A stretch of 64,000 nucleotides of DNA from an uncultured archaeon (GTDB lineage Archaea > Thermoproteota > Nitrososphaeria_A > Caldarchaeales > Wolframiiraptoraceae), in contig CALKCF010000007.1 in assembly GCA_938083505.1 (NCBI GenBank), positions 96,001 to 160,000 on the forward strand, in the 5' to 3' direction. Positions 1 through 10,323 of this stretch are shown in pieces. How positions within the stretch are numbered: position 1 is the stretch's first letter; each line of letters opens with the position of its first letter. The notes beneath the pieces are model-generated. The model was given only the letters and a program-made list of their open reading frames with translations. It was not told the origin of the DNA and ran no database searches. Made by a program: the position numbers and the translations under genes.

Positions 1-85
1 ACTCTGCGCAATGGGCACACTTTGTGCACGTCTCAAGCTGCAACATAATAAATGGTGACACTTCTTTGAGAATCTCTAACCTCAT
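1..85 (-). CDS. Partial (runs off the window) Fe-S protein, HdrD/DsrK-like
   Basis: Manual translation from ATG at 85: MRLEILKEVSPFIMLQLETCTKCAHCAE, with a CxxCxxC ferredoxin motif. ATGA overlap with the stop of the upstream cytochrome b gene. Not in the ORF track. Confidence 0.7.
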   Translation of the reverse strand, partial: MRLEILKEVSPFIMLQLETCTKCAHCAE

Positions 86-849
86 CTTTTCACACTCCTA
101 TAAATTCTACTATGCCTAATGCTATAAAGGATAACGGTAAATGATGATGCTATAATATGGAACAACTTACTGAATGGTATGTACATTATCAGAATCTGGG
201 CCGCAATCCCGTGCACGGCAAGCCAAACTAATGATGGTGTTTCCTTAAGTTGCATCACTATGCCTGGTGATATTATAAGCATAAAGGGCTCATGAATATA
301 AGGAGATATGCGCATCATGTTTCCAGCGAGAAATATTGTTATTAAAATGACAAGTGAAAAATAATCGTCAAAACCAGATATGCTTCTCACAGATCTATCA
401 ATTATTCTCCTCACTAATAGTAGACTAAAACCTCCGAGCAAGACCCAGCCAAGATAGAACGGTAGATCTCTTACCAAAAATTGCTCGGGTGCTAACCATG
501 CAAACCATGATGCTGACCAAACTCCAACGGGCCTCAGATGTCCAAACAGTATCAAAAATAACGAGATATGCGCTGAAAAAGACACGAGCCAGAGCGCAAA
601 GGATTTGATCTTAGGTTTTATGAAACGACCTTGAAACAATAGCAAATATACAAACTCTCCTATTATAAGTCCTATTGATCTAGCAGAAATTGGGGTTTTG
701 GAATGTGTCTCCGTTCTTGTGTAATGGTATGTTGAGAACCACGTGTACAGCTTTAAAGATATTCCGAATAAAAATACTGCATAAGTAACCCAAGGTAGTG
801 TTCCAAAGGTAAACCCCATCAGCGATGTTAAAGTAGCGTCCAAACCCAC
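82..849 (-). CDS. NarI/HdrE/DsrM-family membrane cytochrome b subunit
   Basis: 5-6 hydrophobic segments; heme-ligand His pairs SAHISLFLILFGH and VHG...YIPFSKLFH; RRIIDRSVRSIS..DDY motif typical of the family. Confidence 0.8.
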   Translation of the reverse strand: MGLDATLTSLMGFTFGTLPWVTYAVFLFGISLKLYTWFSTYHYTRTETHSKTPISARSIGLIIGEFVYLLLFQGRFIKPKIKSFALWLVSFSAHISLFLILFGHLRPVGVWSASWFAWLAPEQFLVRDLPFYLGWVLLGGFSLLLVRRIIDRSVRSISGFDDYFSLVILITIFLAGNMMRISPYIHEPFMLIISPGIVMQLKETPSLVWLAVHGIAAQILIMYIPFSKLFHIIASSFTVILYSIRHSRIYRSVKR

Positions 850-1011
850 CCACCTATTATTCGTATAGTCGACCTAACTTAACTCTAGTACACATATATT
901 CTAAACAGAGCAATATAATAGTTTTTTGCTTGTATGGACTAGATACATTTGCGTTTATGTCAAGATGAAGGTTAAGTGCGTTATCTATGAATAATGATCA
1001 AGTGTTAAAAA

Positions 1012-1482
1012 TTAAAGCCCGCATTCTTTTTCAATGATCTTAACACATTTTGGTACAGCAGCTTTCACACTCTCGCTTAACCCCTCTTGGTAGCAGCCCG
1101 GTTTTTGAATAGTTATCCCAAAAATCACTACTTCGTCCGGAAAAGATTCTCTATCAATAGCTTTAACGAGCTCGAGAGATGTTGCGAGGTCCATATCGTG
1201 AAAACCGATGAATCTTTTAGGTGTTGCTTTTAAGTCTTCAAGTGTCAATCTTAGGATTTTTCCAGGGGCAGTATCTTCTTCAACTAAAGCGTCTATAATT
1301 ATTGCTTTCTTATAACCAAGCATAGACTCTGCCACAGTTAAACCTCCAACGCATAGTTCTATGATGTCAACAAAGTCACCTAACCACCTCTTTAACTCGG
1401 ATGCGACAATTAAGCCTACGGCATCATCGCCAAGTATCGGATTACCAAGTCCTATTATGACTATCTCTCGCCTTCCCTTCAA
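1012..1482 (-). CDS. [NiFe]-hydrogenase maturation protease
   Basis: GLGNPILGDDAVG, IIIDA and FHD motifs; directly downstream of the large subunit gene. Confidence 0.92.
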   Translation of the reverse strand: MKGRREIVIIGLGNPILGDDAVGLIVASELKRWLGDFVDIIELCVGGLTVAESMLGYKKAIIIDALVEEDTAPGKILRLTLEDLKATPKRFIGFHDMDLATSLELVKAIDRESFPDEVVIFGITIQKPGCYQEGLSESVKAAVPKCVKIIEKECGL

Positions 1483-2939
1483 GGACGCTTTATCTCAGCT
1501 ACGAGCCTTCCATTCGTATCATATATGCGTACATCAAGTGGTATTTGACCTGGCAATGCGTGCGTTCCACAAGCCAAACATGGATCGTAGGCTCTAAATG
1601 CCATCTCTATCATGTTAAGTAAACCGTCGCTTATCTTACCGTAACTTATGAGCTGTTGTGCAGCCTTCTTCACAGACATACATATACCTGCGTTGTTGTG
1701 GGTCGTTGCAACTATTAGGTTAACGTTGGTTAATATGCCGTCTTGGTCGGTCTTGTAATGGTGTATAAGCGTACCCCTTGGTGCCTCAACGACACCGACC
1801 CCCTCGCTTGGGGTGTCTGTTAGAGGAACCCTGAAGTCCTTTCCGGTTATGTCAGGGTCTCTGCTTAACTCAAGCACCCTTTCAGCGGCATTAAGTATCT
1901 CTATAACCCTCGCCCAATGGTATCCAAGCGTCGCATGAGCTGGCTTACCCAGGGTTTCTTTGAAGTTTTCGTAGGCTTCTTGTGCAAGTGGTGTTGCAAA
2001 TCCATCAGCTACATTAAGTCTACCAAGAGGTCCTACTCTATACACACCGGACGCTTCGCCGTCAACTATTCCTTTCCAACCCAAATTCTTTAAGTATGGG
2101 AACTTAAGATAGGTCCATGGTTCTACATGCTCGCCTATATAATTGAGATAGTCTTTTGGATGGAATTCTGCGTAGATTCTTCCCTTAGGATCTACAATCC
2201 TGATCTTTCCGTCATAATAGTTTACTAGACCCTTTCCGTCAACCAAGCCCATATAGTAGGTCGCATGCTTATACACGTCGCCCATAATTAGGTCAAGGTA
2301 CTTCTGGTTCTTAAGAACGGCATCCTCGAGTATCTTTAGTGTAAATTGGCCGAATTCCACGAGTTTTTTCGCTCCTTCTTCTATTTCTTTTCTGTCATCT
2401 TCTGTCAAAAGTTTAGAGACACCACCCGGAACGGCGCAATTCGGTATTATTGCCCTACCGGCAAGTTTTTCCAAAAGCCTCGTGGCAATCATCCTGGCAT
2501 TTATTACCTTCTTTCCAGTCTCTAGACCAATCTTTCCAATAAGACCAAGAATGTTCCTTTCAGCCCTGGGTGCATCAGGTCCAACAACGAAGTCCGGTGC
2601 AGAAAGTGTATAGAATACTGCTGAGTGGTCATGTATGTAAAATATATTGTAGGCCATTTCCCGTATCTTCTTAGCGGTCTCTGGCAAATTAGCACCGTAA
2701 ACAGCATCCACTGCCTTCGCTGATGCCATATGGTGTGCCCACGGGCAGACACCGCAGATCCTTGGTGTTATTATTGGCATCTCTTCCACGGGCCTTCCTA
2801 TGCAGAACCTTTCGAAGCCTCTGAACTCGACTACTTGGTAATAGGCATCCTTAACATTGCCGACCTCGTCCAAAAATATTGAAATCTTTCCGTGCCCTTC
2901 AAGCCTAGTTATAGGTTGAATCGTTACAACCTTCTTCAT
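1479..2939 (-). CDS. mvhA: F420-non-reducing [NiFe]-hydrogenase large subunit (group 3c)
   Basis: TRLEGHG, L1 RICGVCPWAH, EAPRG, L2 DPCLACGTH followed by a cleavable C-terminal extension. Confidence 0.93.
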   Translation of the reverse strand: MKKVVTIQPITRLEGHGKISIFLDEVGNVKDAYYQVVEFRGFERFCIGRPVEEMPIITPRICGVCPWAHHMASAKAVDAVYGANLPETAKKIREMAYNIFYIHDHSAVFYTLSAPDFVVGPDAPRAERNILGLIGKIGLETGKKVINARMIATRLLEKLAGRAIIPNCAVPGGVSKLLTEDDRKEIEEGAKKLVEFGQFTLKILEDAVLKNQKYLDLIMGDVYKHATYYMGLVDGKGLVNYYDGKIRIVDPKGRIYAEFHPKDYLNYIGEHVEPWTYLKFPYLKNLGWKGIVDGEASGVYRVGPLGRLNVADGFATPLAQEAYENFKETLGKPAHATLGYHWARVIEILNAAERVLELSRDPDITGKDFRVPLTDTPSEGVGVVEAPRGTLIHHYKTDQDGILTNVNLIVATTHNNAGICMSVKKAAQQLISYGKISDGLLNMIEMAFRAYDPCLACGTHALPGQIPLDVRIYDTNGRLVAEIKRP

Positions 2940-3913
2940 TCTCTAACACCCCATACCCTGCGCAGTATTGATCTTGGTAAACTATATCTGTAAAAGATTC
3001 CTAACGGGTCCTTTATCTGTAATATGATTTTTCTGATCTCTTCATCACTCATGCCTGTTTCAACCTCTAGCCCTATCACAGAAGACAGGGCGGATAACAT
3101 CCTAGCACCTTGGTCTTGGGACTCTGGTGTCGGTCCCATGCAACCCCTACAAGGAACGTTCACTGTTAGACATACGGCATCACAACCACCTCTAGTCGCA
3201 GGACCCATACAGATTATACCCTGCTCAAGGAGGCATTTCTCTGGATCTGGGATGGACTGGTGATAACGCTTTATTTCTGTTATCCTTTTCTCCTCACGGA
3301 TATGTTTACACTCATCACAGACAGACTTCATCGAACCGAACACTGTCCCTTTTGGTGGGAGCTTTCCAGAAAGTGCAGCAGTTAATACTTCATCCACCAA
3401 CTTAAGGGGTGGTGGGCAACCTGGTAGGTAATAATCTACATCAACCACTTGATTAAGCGACTTAACGGTCTCAAGAAGTTCCGGTATCGTTAGCTCTTCA
3501 CCATCAAGCCTTGTCAGCTTACAGGGTACCGTTCCCTGCTGATTAATGGTGCTTAAACTCTTTACGTATGCTTTTTGAAGAAGACCATCTTTTGAGGCGA
3601 AATTTGCAAGTCCGGGTATACCACCAAAACAAGCACAAGCTCCAAACGCTATGAGGTTTTTTGCCTTTCTCCTTGCAAGTTTGGCCATCTCTTTCGTCTC
3701 GTCATTGTTCACGGCTCCCTCAAAGAGTACAATGTCTATAGAGCCATCTGGTAACCTCTCTAAGTCCTCTAACTTTAGGTCAACAGCAGTTGGCCAATAA
3801 GCTACCTCCACAGACATTAAGACTTCGATAATTTTCTCACCCAAGTCTAAGAGCGAATAATCACAACCAGCACAGTTTGCCCCAGGTATTATGGCCAGCT
3901 TTGGCTTGTTCAA
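2936..3913 (-). CDS. mvhG: F420-non-reducing hydrogenase small subunit
   Basis: CAGCD, GACACFGG, PGCPP, CDEC, CLLEQGIICMGPATRGGC, CRGC motifs. Confidence 0.92.
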   Translation of the reverse strand: MNKPKLAIIPGANCAGCDYSLLDLGEKIIEVLMSVEVAYWPTAVDLKLEDLERLPDGSIDIVLFEGAVNNDETKEMAKLARRKAKNLIAFGACACFGGIPGLANFASKDGLLQKAYVKSLSTINQQGTVPCKLTRLDGEELTIPELLETVKSLNQVVDVDYYLPGCPPPLKLVDEVLTAALSGKLPPKGTVFGSMKSVCDECKHIREEKRITEIKRYHQSIPDPEKCLLEQGIICMGPATRGGCDAVCLTVNVPCRGCMGPTPESQDQGARMLSALSSVIGLEVETGMSDEEIRKIILQIKDPLGIFYRYSLPRSILRRVWGVRE

Positions 3914-4350
3914 ACTACTTCTACCTCCTCCTTTAGTTTTTCTGCAATACGGTTTGGCCCTAACTTCTTTATCTGCTCGACAAATTCTTTCGCAATGTTA
4001 GCAAACCTTTCTCCTTCTGGTGCGGAAATCCATTCTAGCCTCACCCTACCTTTCTCAATACCAAATTGTTCAAGCAACTTATCCAGCAACAACATCCTTT
4101 TTCTGGTTTTATAATTTCCGGATATGTAATGACAATCGCCGGGGTGACAACCAGTCACGAGGACGCCGTCAGCACCGTTCGCGAGAGCCTCTAGTATATA
4201 TACTGGATTAATCCTACCGGAGCACATCACCCTTATTACTTTGAGGTTGTGGGGATACTGTACCCGACTTGTTCCGGCTAAGTCAATTCCAGCATAAGAA
4301 CACCAGTTACATGCAAAAACCACTATATTTGGTTCAAAATTCTCTACCAT
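3910..4350 (-). CDS. mvhD: [2Fe-2S] hydrogenase subunit D
   Basis: FACNWCSY, RVMCSGR, GCHPGDCHY. Start moved to ATG 4350 because the track's GTG at 4359 lies within the GAGGTGA ribosome-binding site. Confidence 0.93.
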   Translation of the reverse strand: MVENFEPNIVVFACNWCSYAGIDLAGTSRVQYPHNLKVIRVMCSGRINPVYILEALANGADGVLVTGCHPGDCHYISGNYKTRKRMLLLDKLLEQFGIEKGRVRLEWISAPEGERFANIAKEFVEQIKKLGPNRIAEKLKEEVEVV

Positions 4351-4355
4351 TTTAA

Positions 4356-6335
4356 TCACCTCGTAAGTGCCCTTACCATCGCTAAAATCTGATCATCACT
4401 GAACCCGAGCTGTTGGGCGGCTCCGGATGGACATGCGGCCGCACATACTCCACAACCTTTGCACTTGCTTATATCAACACTTGCAACTTGCTTTCCATCC
4501 TCTTTCTTAACCAAAGATATAGCATCGAAAGCACACAAGGGTTGACATATGCCACAACCGCTGCACAAGTCTTCATTAATCGAGGCCACGTAAGGTACGG
4601 TTTCTACATAACCCTTTGACATCAGCGCTATGGCTGAAGACGCTGCAGCACCTGCCTGAGCCACAGTATCGGGTATGTCCTTTGGTCCTTGCACCGCACC
4701 GGCTAGGAATACTCCATCAACAGATGTCTCTGTAGGTCTAAGCTTTGGATGCAACTCTAACGCAAAACCATCTGGACCTATCGAACATTTTAGCAGTTTA
4801 GCCAATTCTTTGAATGTCGTGTGGGGGACTACACCAGTCTCAAGGACAACTAGGTCTGGCCTGAGTGTTACGACCCTATTTGTGTTTGCATCGAATACAT
4901 CAAAATAGAGGCTTCCATCAGCGTCTTGCAGTATCTCCATCGGGCTACCTCTTATAAACTTAACATTTTCATAATTCCTAATTCTTTCGTAGAACTCTTC
5001 GTAACCTTTCCCGAAGGTCCTAATGTCCCTATAACATATGTAGACTTCCGCATCCGGTATGTAACTTACTATATAGTAAGCATGTTTTATTCCTGCTACA
5101 CATCCAAACCTGCAACAGTATCTAAGGTGTTTTTCATCCCTTGAACCAACACAAAGAATTATCGCAACCTTCTTCGGCTCCTTTCCATCACTTGGTCTTA
5201 CTATGTGACCTTTCGTTGGTCCTGAAGCCGAGACTAACCTTTCTAATTCTAATCCAGTAATCACGTCTTTATACTTACGGTAACCATATTCCGGCATGGT
5301 CTTTGCGACATCGTATAAACTATAGCCGGTGGCTAAAATTATCACACCAACTTCCAGTTCCACTTCTTCTGGTTTCTGGTTAAAATCTATAGCTTTAGTG
5401 GGACAGAACCTCTCGCAGGCTCTACACGTCCCCTTCTGGAAATACATACAGTGTTCAGGGTCAATTACAGGAATAAGCGGTACGGCCTGTGGAAATTCAA
5501 AGTATATTGCCTTTCTTTTCCCAAGCCCCAACTCGAACTCGCTCGGTGCAGTCCATGGACATTTTGTGACACATACGCCACAACCAGTGCATTTTGTCGC
5601 ATCCACGTATCTTGGTTTCTTCAATAATTTAACCTTAAAGTTCCCAACAGAACCACTGATGTCCACAACATCTGTATAGGTGCGAAGTATGATGTTTGGG
5701 TGTCTGCTTACTTCCACCATCAAAGGTGTTAGTATACATTGGGAGCAGTCGAGCGTTGGAAAAGTCTTATCCAATCTTGCCATGTTCCCTCCTATGCTAG
5801 GTCTCGTCTCGACCAGGTGAACTTGGAAACCAGCATTTGCTATGTCAAGTGAGGCCCTAATACCGGCTATTCCACCGCCTATAACAAGTGCTTTTGGTAT
5901 TACCTTTACTTTCTCCACATTCAGCGGTTTTAAAAGCCTAGCTTTGGCGATTGCTGCATTAACTAGTTTAATGGCCTTATCTGTTGCTGCATCTTTTTCC
6001 TTTTCGTGAACCCAAGAACAGTGTTCCCTTATATTAGCCATCTCAAAAAGGTAGGGATTAAGACCGCCCTCTTCAACAGCTTTTTGGAAAGTTGGTTCAT
6101 GCATTCTTGGTGAGCAAGCAGCTACGACGACCCTGTTGAGGTGGCGCTGTTTTATGTCTTCGATTATCATATTCTGACCTGGCTGAGAGCACATGAATTG
6201 ATACTCCTTTGCAACCACGACGTTCGGCACTTTTGATACCTCTTCAATAACTTTATTTATGTCAACTACAGATGCTATGTTTAGACCACAGTGGCATACA
6301 TAAACACCTATCCTGATTTCTTCACTTTCAACCAT
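4356..6335 (-). CDS. hdrA: Heterodisulfide reductase subunit A (FAD, Fe-S)
   Basis: GVYVCHCG, AACSPRMHE, NIREHCSWVH, GGGIAG, DKTFPTLDCSQC, CVGSRD, GPKDIPDT and two ferredoxin domains. Confidence 0.95.
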   Translation of the reverse strand: MVESEEIRIGVYVCHCGLNIASVVDINKVIEEVSKVPNVVVAKEYQFMCSQPGQNMIIEDIKQRHLNRVVVAACSPRMHEPTFQKAVEEGGLNPYLFEMANIREHCSWVHEKEKDAATDKAIKLVNAAIAKARLLKPLNVEKVKVIPKALVIGGGIAGIRASLDIANAGFQVHLVETRPSIGGNMARLDKTFPTLDCSQCILTPLMVEVSRHPNIILRTYTDVVDISGSVGNFKVKLLKKPRYVDATKCTGCGVCVTKCPWTAPSEFELGLGKRKAIYFEFPQAVPLIPVIDPEHCMYFQKGTCRACERFCPTKAIDFNQKPEEVELEVGVIILATGYSLYDVAKTMPEYGYRKYKDVITGLELERLVSASGPTKGHIVRPSDGKEPKKVAIILCVGSRDEKHLRYCCRFGCVAGIKHAYYIVSYIPDAEVYICYRDIRTFGKGYEEFYERIRNYENVKFIRGSPMEILQDADGSLYFDVFDANTNRVVTLRPDLVVLETGVVPHTTFKELAKLLKCSIGPDGFALELHPKLRPTETSVDGVFLAGAVQGPKDIPDTVAQAGAAASSAIALMSKGYVETVPYVASINEDLCSGCGICQPLCAFDAISLVKKEDGKQVASVDISKCKGCGVCAAACPSGAAQQLGFSDDQILAMVRALTR

Positions 6336-7210
6336 TAGACCTTCACCTCCTCGAGTAAAACTTCAACCGGACTCATGTTTAGATTTATTCCTAGTTCCTT
6401 TTTATCTAAACCTAAAGCAAGACCTAATAATTGCGTATAGTAAAGTGCCGGAATCGAAATACTCTGGTCACCGGTTATCGTCTTAGCAGCATCTTGCTTT
6501 CCATCAAACATATCTATACAATATGGACATAGACTGGTTATTGCTCTTGAGCCCACAGCCAATGTCCTTTTTATCCTCGTTGCCACAACTCTTATTGCCG
6601 CCTCCGGCGAGTAGGGAAGAATAGCTGCTCCGCAACATTCATATTTTTCAGGATAATCTCTTGCCTTAAGACCTATGGCCTCTATTAATCTATCTAATTT
6701 TAGCGGACCGTTTCTTGTCTCTGGCCTCGGGAACTCTGTCGGTCTAACCAGATGACAGCCGGGATGAGAGGAAACCGGCATTTCCGGCAACTTTCTCTTT
6801 ATCGCGGATGCTATCTTCTCGACGCCTATCCTATCATGTAAAACTTCTACCGGATGATAAACTGTTGCTCTGCCTGTGTACTCTAATCCCTCATCTTTAA
6901 GAAGCTCGTTCACAGCACTCATAAGAGGCGGATTCAACTTTAGCATGTATATCGTTTCCGTTAAGTTTAAATGACAACCGTTACATGGTGCAATAATATC
7001 TAAACCTTGCGACTCAGCCAACGCCATAATCCTTGCACAAGCATAATACGGATAAAACTTACTTATGCCCTTCATTGGAACTCCACAACAGTTCATATCT
7101 TTAGGATACTCTAATTCTACACCTAACAATGGTAACGTAGCCCTTAGAGACAACTCGTAACCATACTGCTTCGTTGCGGTAGTACAACCTAAATAAAGCA
7201 AAAATTTCAT
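6335..7210 (-). CDS. hdrB: Heterodisulfide reductase subunit B (two CCG domains)
   Basis: YLGC...CCG...PCNGC and HPGCH...CCG...LCPYC; 1-nt overlaps with both neighbours. Confidence 0.92.
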   Translation of the reverse strand: MKFLLYLGCTTATKQYGYELSLRATLPLLGVELEYPKDMNCCGVPMKGISKFYPYYACARIMALAESQGLDIIAPCNGCHLNLTETIYMLKLNPPLMSAVNELLKDEGLEYTGRATVYHPVEVLHDRIGVEKIASAIKRKLPEMPVSSHPGCHLVRPTEFPRPETRNGPLKLDRLIEAIGLKARDYPEKYECCGAAILPYSPEAAIRVVATRIKRTLAVGSRAITSLCPYCIDMFDGKQDAAKTITGDQSISIPALYYTQLLGLALGLDKKELGINLNMSPVEVLLEEVKV

Positions 7211-7731
7211 TAAACAATCCCCTTTAGCTTTTCAAAACCTACTAATAAGACGTGTTGCTTGAATTTCTCAATATCTTTCGGTTTTGGCATCTCAGGTAAG
7301 CCCAGCTCTGTCCTAGAAACTTCTTCAAAATCCTTAGACATTATATACATGGGTTTCTGAATGTGGCCGAGCTCTAGTATGGATTTTGCCATTTCTACAA
7401 AGGATTTTGGAGGCGCTCTTCCCCTTACGATAGCCTCATTCCTGAGTGCCATTACTACTTCAAACGGTGAGAGTCTTTGAGGGCAATATTCCGCACACTT
7501 TAAGCATGCCGAGCATGCCCATATCACGTCACTATTTATAAGCTCGTCAGAGTAGCCTGCCTTCACCAAGGCTACTATCTCGTGAGGTCTATACTTGTCA
7601 ACGACCTTTGCAGCCGTGCATCCGCTGGAACACTTCATGCATTGATAGCATAATTGTGGCCTAAGCTCCTTTACTGTATCTTCCAAGGAGAATTTGAACG
7701 TAAGAATCAGCCTCCTACTCAAAATAAACAT
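7210..7731 (-). CDS. hdrC: Heterodisulfide reductase subunit C
   Basis: CYQCMKCSSGC and IWACSACLKCAEYCPQ two [4Fe-4S] motifs; start uncertain. Confidence 0.9.
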   Translation of the reverse strand: MFILSRRLILTFKFSLEDTVKELRPQLCYQCMKCSSGCTAAKVVDKYRPHEIVALVKAGYSDELINSDVIWACSACLKCAEYCPQRLSPFEVVMALRNEAIVRGRAPPKSFVEMAKSILELGHIQKPMYIMSKDFEEVSRTELGLPEMPKPKDIEKFKQHVLLVGFEKLKGIV

Positions 7732-7889
7732 AACTTCTTAAATTTAAATTTCAAGTATATTTATAATAAGCTTTATTAAAAAACTAATAATGTAAATACT
7801 TTAATTATCAAAAAAAGCTCTGGTCTGGTATTGATTAACATCGTTAGGTAGGTATATATTTATTAGATTGATGTTGAAGATGGGTGTAG

Positions 7890-10184
7890 TTGATGAAAAA
7901 TATTAGAGCAGAAATCAGGGTTTCGGGCATAGTCCAAGGAGTAGGCTTTAGACCGTTCGTTTATAGAATCGCTGTTAATAGGGGGCTTAAAGGATTCGTC
8001 CAGAACCTAAAGGACGCGTCGGTTAGGATAATCGTAGAAGGACCTGAATCAGACATAAAGTCATTCTTAGAAGCTCTGGTTAAGGAGAAACCACCTTTAG
8101 CTCGTATAACCAAGAGTGACGTGAGCTACTTAGAGTCAAATAATGAGTTCGTGGAGTTTAAGATACTAGAGAGCTCAAAGCAAAGTTTAGTCGCAGGCTC
8201 TGTGATACCGGCAGATGTGGCAATATGCGACGATTGTGTTAGAGAGCTCCTAGATCCTGTTGATAGACGATTCGGCTACTTCTTTATAACATGTACAAAT
8301 TGTGGACCAAGATTCACTATAATATTGGACACACCATACGACAGGCAAAATACATCCATGAGAGATTTTCCGATGTGTGAAGTGTGTATTTCTGAATATG
8401 AGGATCCCTTAAACAGGAGGTTTCATGCACAAACGATTGCGTGTTCCAAATGCGGTCCAAAAGTTTATCTAACAACCAATGATGGGGAGTTAGTTACATG
8501 TAAAGAACCGATAAAGGAAGCCGCTAAGCTTATTGACGAAGGATACATAGTAGCAATAAAGGGGAACGGTGGCTTTCATGTGGCAACAGCAACGACAATC
8601 TCAGAGCCCATAATAAGGCTTAGGAAGGCTAAGCATAGACGACAGAAACCTTTTGCAATAATGGCTAAAGATTTGAAGACCATAAGATCTTTTGCTATTG
8701 TTAGTGAGCAAGAGGAAGAACTGCTCACGTCCCTAGCGCGCCCTATCGTTTTATTACGCAAAAGCGAGGACTACTATCTATCTAAAGAGATAGCACCAGG
8801 TCTCCATAACATAGGCGTAATGCTACCATATACAGGCTTGCATCTTCTATTGCTACTTAATAGTAAGGAGCCAGCGTACGTGATGACAAGCGCAAACCCG
8901 TCAGGTGAGCCGATAGTTATACAAAATCAAGAAGCCTATGTAAGAATCAAAAGGGACGTTGACTACATGCTCCTTCATGATCGGGAAATTGTTAACAGAT
9001 GCGATGATTCCGTTGTAAGGGTTGTTGACGGCTCTATAAGCTTTATACGCCGTTCAAGGGGTTATGCGCCAGAACCAATTATTTTATCATATGAATATAA
9101 CAAAAATATCTTTGCTTTAGGAGGTGAACTTAACGTTACTGCTTGTATCCTTATGGGCGATAAGGCGTTCTTAACGCAACATATTGGTGACATAGAATGT
9201 GTAGAAACTTATGAGTTTTTGAAGTCGGCAATTCACCACCTTGCTAAGCTTACCAGAGCGCAGCCAGAAGTGATAGCTCACGATCTACATCCAAGTTTTC
9301 ATACAACCAGACTCGCAGAGGAACTAGCTGAAAAGTTTAAGATACCAGCGTTACCTGTCCAGCATCACCACGCGCACGTTGCCTCAGTAATGGCAGAATA
9401 CGGATTAGAAGAAGTTATAGGAATAGCGTGCGACGGGTTCGGTTATGGTAGCGATGGCTTAGCGTGGGGTGGTGAAGTTCTTTTATGCGATGATAACGGT
9501 TATCGTCGTATGGGACATCTGGAGAATCATCCAATGCCAGGTGGTGATCTTGCGACAAAGTATCCAATAAGGATGGCCGCGGGAATACTATTTGGGTCAA
9601 ATTTATGTGAGGAATGGTTATTTTTGAATGCTGATAAACTTCCAAGAGGAAGATACGAAGCAGAATTAATATTAAAACAGCTCAAGAATGGAAAAAATAT
9701 AAAGACTTCGAGCGTTGGTAGGATTTTGGATAGTGTTGCAGCCATATTAGGTATATGTTACGAGAGAACCTACGAAGGTGAACCTCCCATGAAGCTCGAG
9801 TCCGCAGCAATAGGTGGCTCGGACATCTTGAGGCTTAAACCAGAAATAAAAGGCAGGGTCTTGAACACAAAATGCTTGGTAGAATCAATTGCGGAAATAG
9901 CGATAAAAGGATTGGATCCAAAGAAGGTAAGAGACCTTGCTTTCTCAGCCCAGAATTATCTGGCAGTAGGCTTAGCTGAGCTTGCATTGGAAATAGCAAT
10001 CAGTGAAGGTGTGAAGAACATTGCTTTCACGGGTGGTGTGGCATACAACGAACAAATAATGGCGACGGTACGGCGAATTGTTGAGGTTAGAGGTTTTAGG
10101 TTCTATACAAATACGAGGGCTCCACCCGGTGATGGTGGGCTCTCGCTCGGTCAAGCAGCAATCGCAGCTAAATTGAGCAATTAG
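7890..10184 (+). CDS. hypF: Carbamoyltransferase HypF
   Basis: GIVQGVGFRPFVY acylphosphatase domain, Zn fingers (CTNCGPR), YrdC-like domain, QHHHAH, GDGGLSLGQ. Confidence 0.96.
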   Translation: MMKNIRAEIRVSGIVQGVGFRPFVYRIAVNRGLKGFVQNLKDASVRIIVEGPESDIKSFLEALVKEKPPLARITKSDVSYLESNNEFVEFKILESSKQSLVAGSVIPADVAICDDCVRELLDPVDRRFGYFFITCTNCGPRFTIILDTPYDRQNTSMRDFPMCEVCISEYEDPLNRRFHAQTIACSKCGPKVYLTTNDGELVTCKEPIKEAAKLIDEGYIVAIKGNGGFHVATATTISEPIIRLRKAKHRRQKPFAIMAKDLKTIRSFAIVSEQEEELLTSLARPIVLLRKSEDYYLSKEIAPGLHNIGVMLPYTGLHLLLLLNSKEPAYVMTSANPSGEPIVIQNQEAYVRIKRDVDYMLLHDREIVNRCDDSVVRVVDGSISFIRRSRGYAPEPIILSYEYNKNIFALGGELNVTACILMGDKAFLTQHIGDIECVETYEFLKSAIHHLAKLTRAQPEVIAHDLHPSFHTTRLAEELAEKFKIPALPVQHHHAHVASVMAEYGLEEVIGIACDGFGYGSDGLAWGGEVLLCDDNGYRRMGHLENHPMPGGDLATKYPIRMAAGILFGSNLCEEWLFLNADKLPRGRYEAELILKQLKNGKNIKTSSVGRILDSVAAILGICYERTYEGEPPMKLESAAIGGSDILRLKPEIKGRVLNTKCLVESIAEIAIKGLDPKKVRDLAFSAQNYLAVGLAELALEIAISEGVKNIAFTGGVAYNEQIMATVRRIVEVRGFRFYTNTRAPPGDGGLSLGQAAIAAKLSN

Positions 10185-10323
10185 TGCTATAATTTTTTAA
10201 TGTTAGGTTATTTTATAGACTCTAGATAATAAATAGCGTTATAAACGTTATAGAGTATCTCGAAGGGTTATTCAATAACTGAGAAGCAGATATAAGGCAC
10301 CGCTGATTTAAATCTATGAACAT

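Noticed and set aside
1361-5679. Short plus-strand and alternative-frame ORFs inside the mvh/hdr genes
   Set aside because: Shadow ORFs of strongly conserved genes, with no motifs.
1479-7731. Possible selenocysteine recoding in Mvh/Hdr subunits
   Set aside because: All motif positions are Cys and the frames contain no internal TGA.
7732-7889. AAATTTAAATTT palindrome in the hdrC/hypF divergent region
   Set aside because: The region is very AT-rich, so such palindromes are expected by chance.
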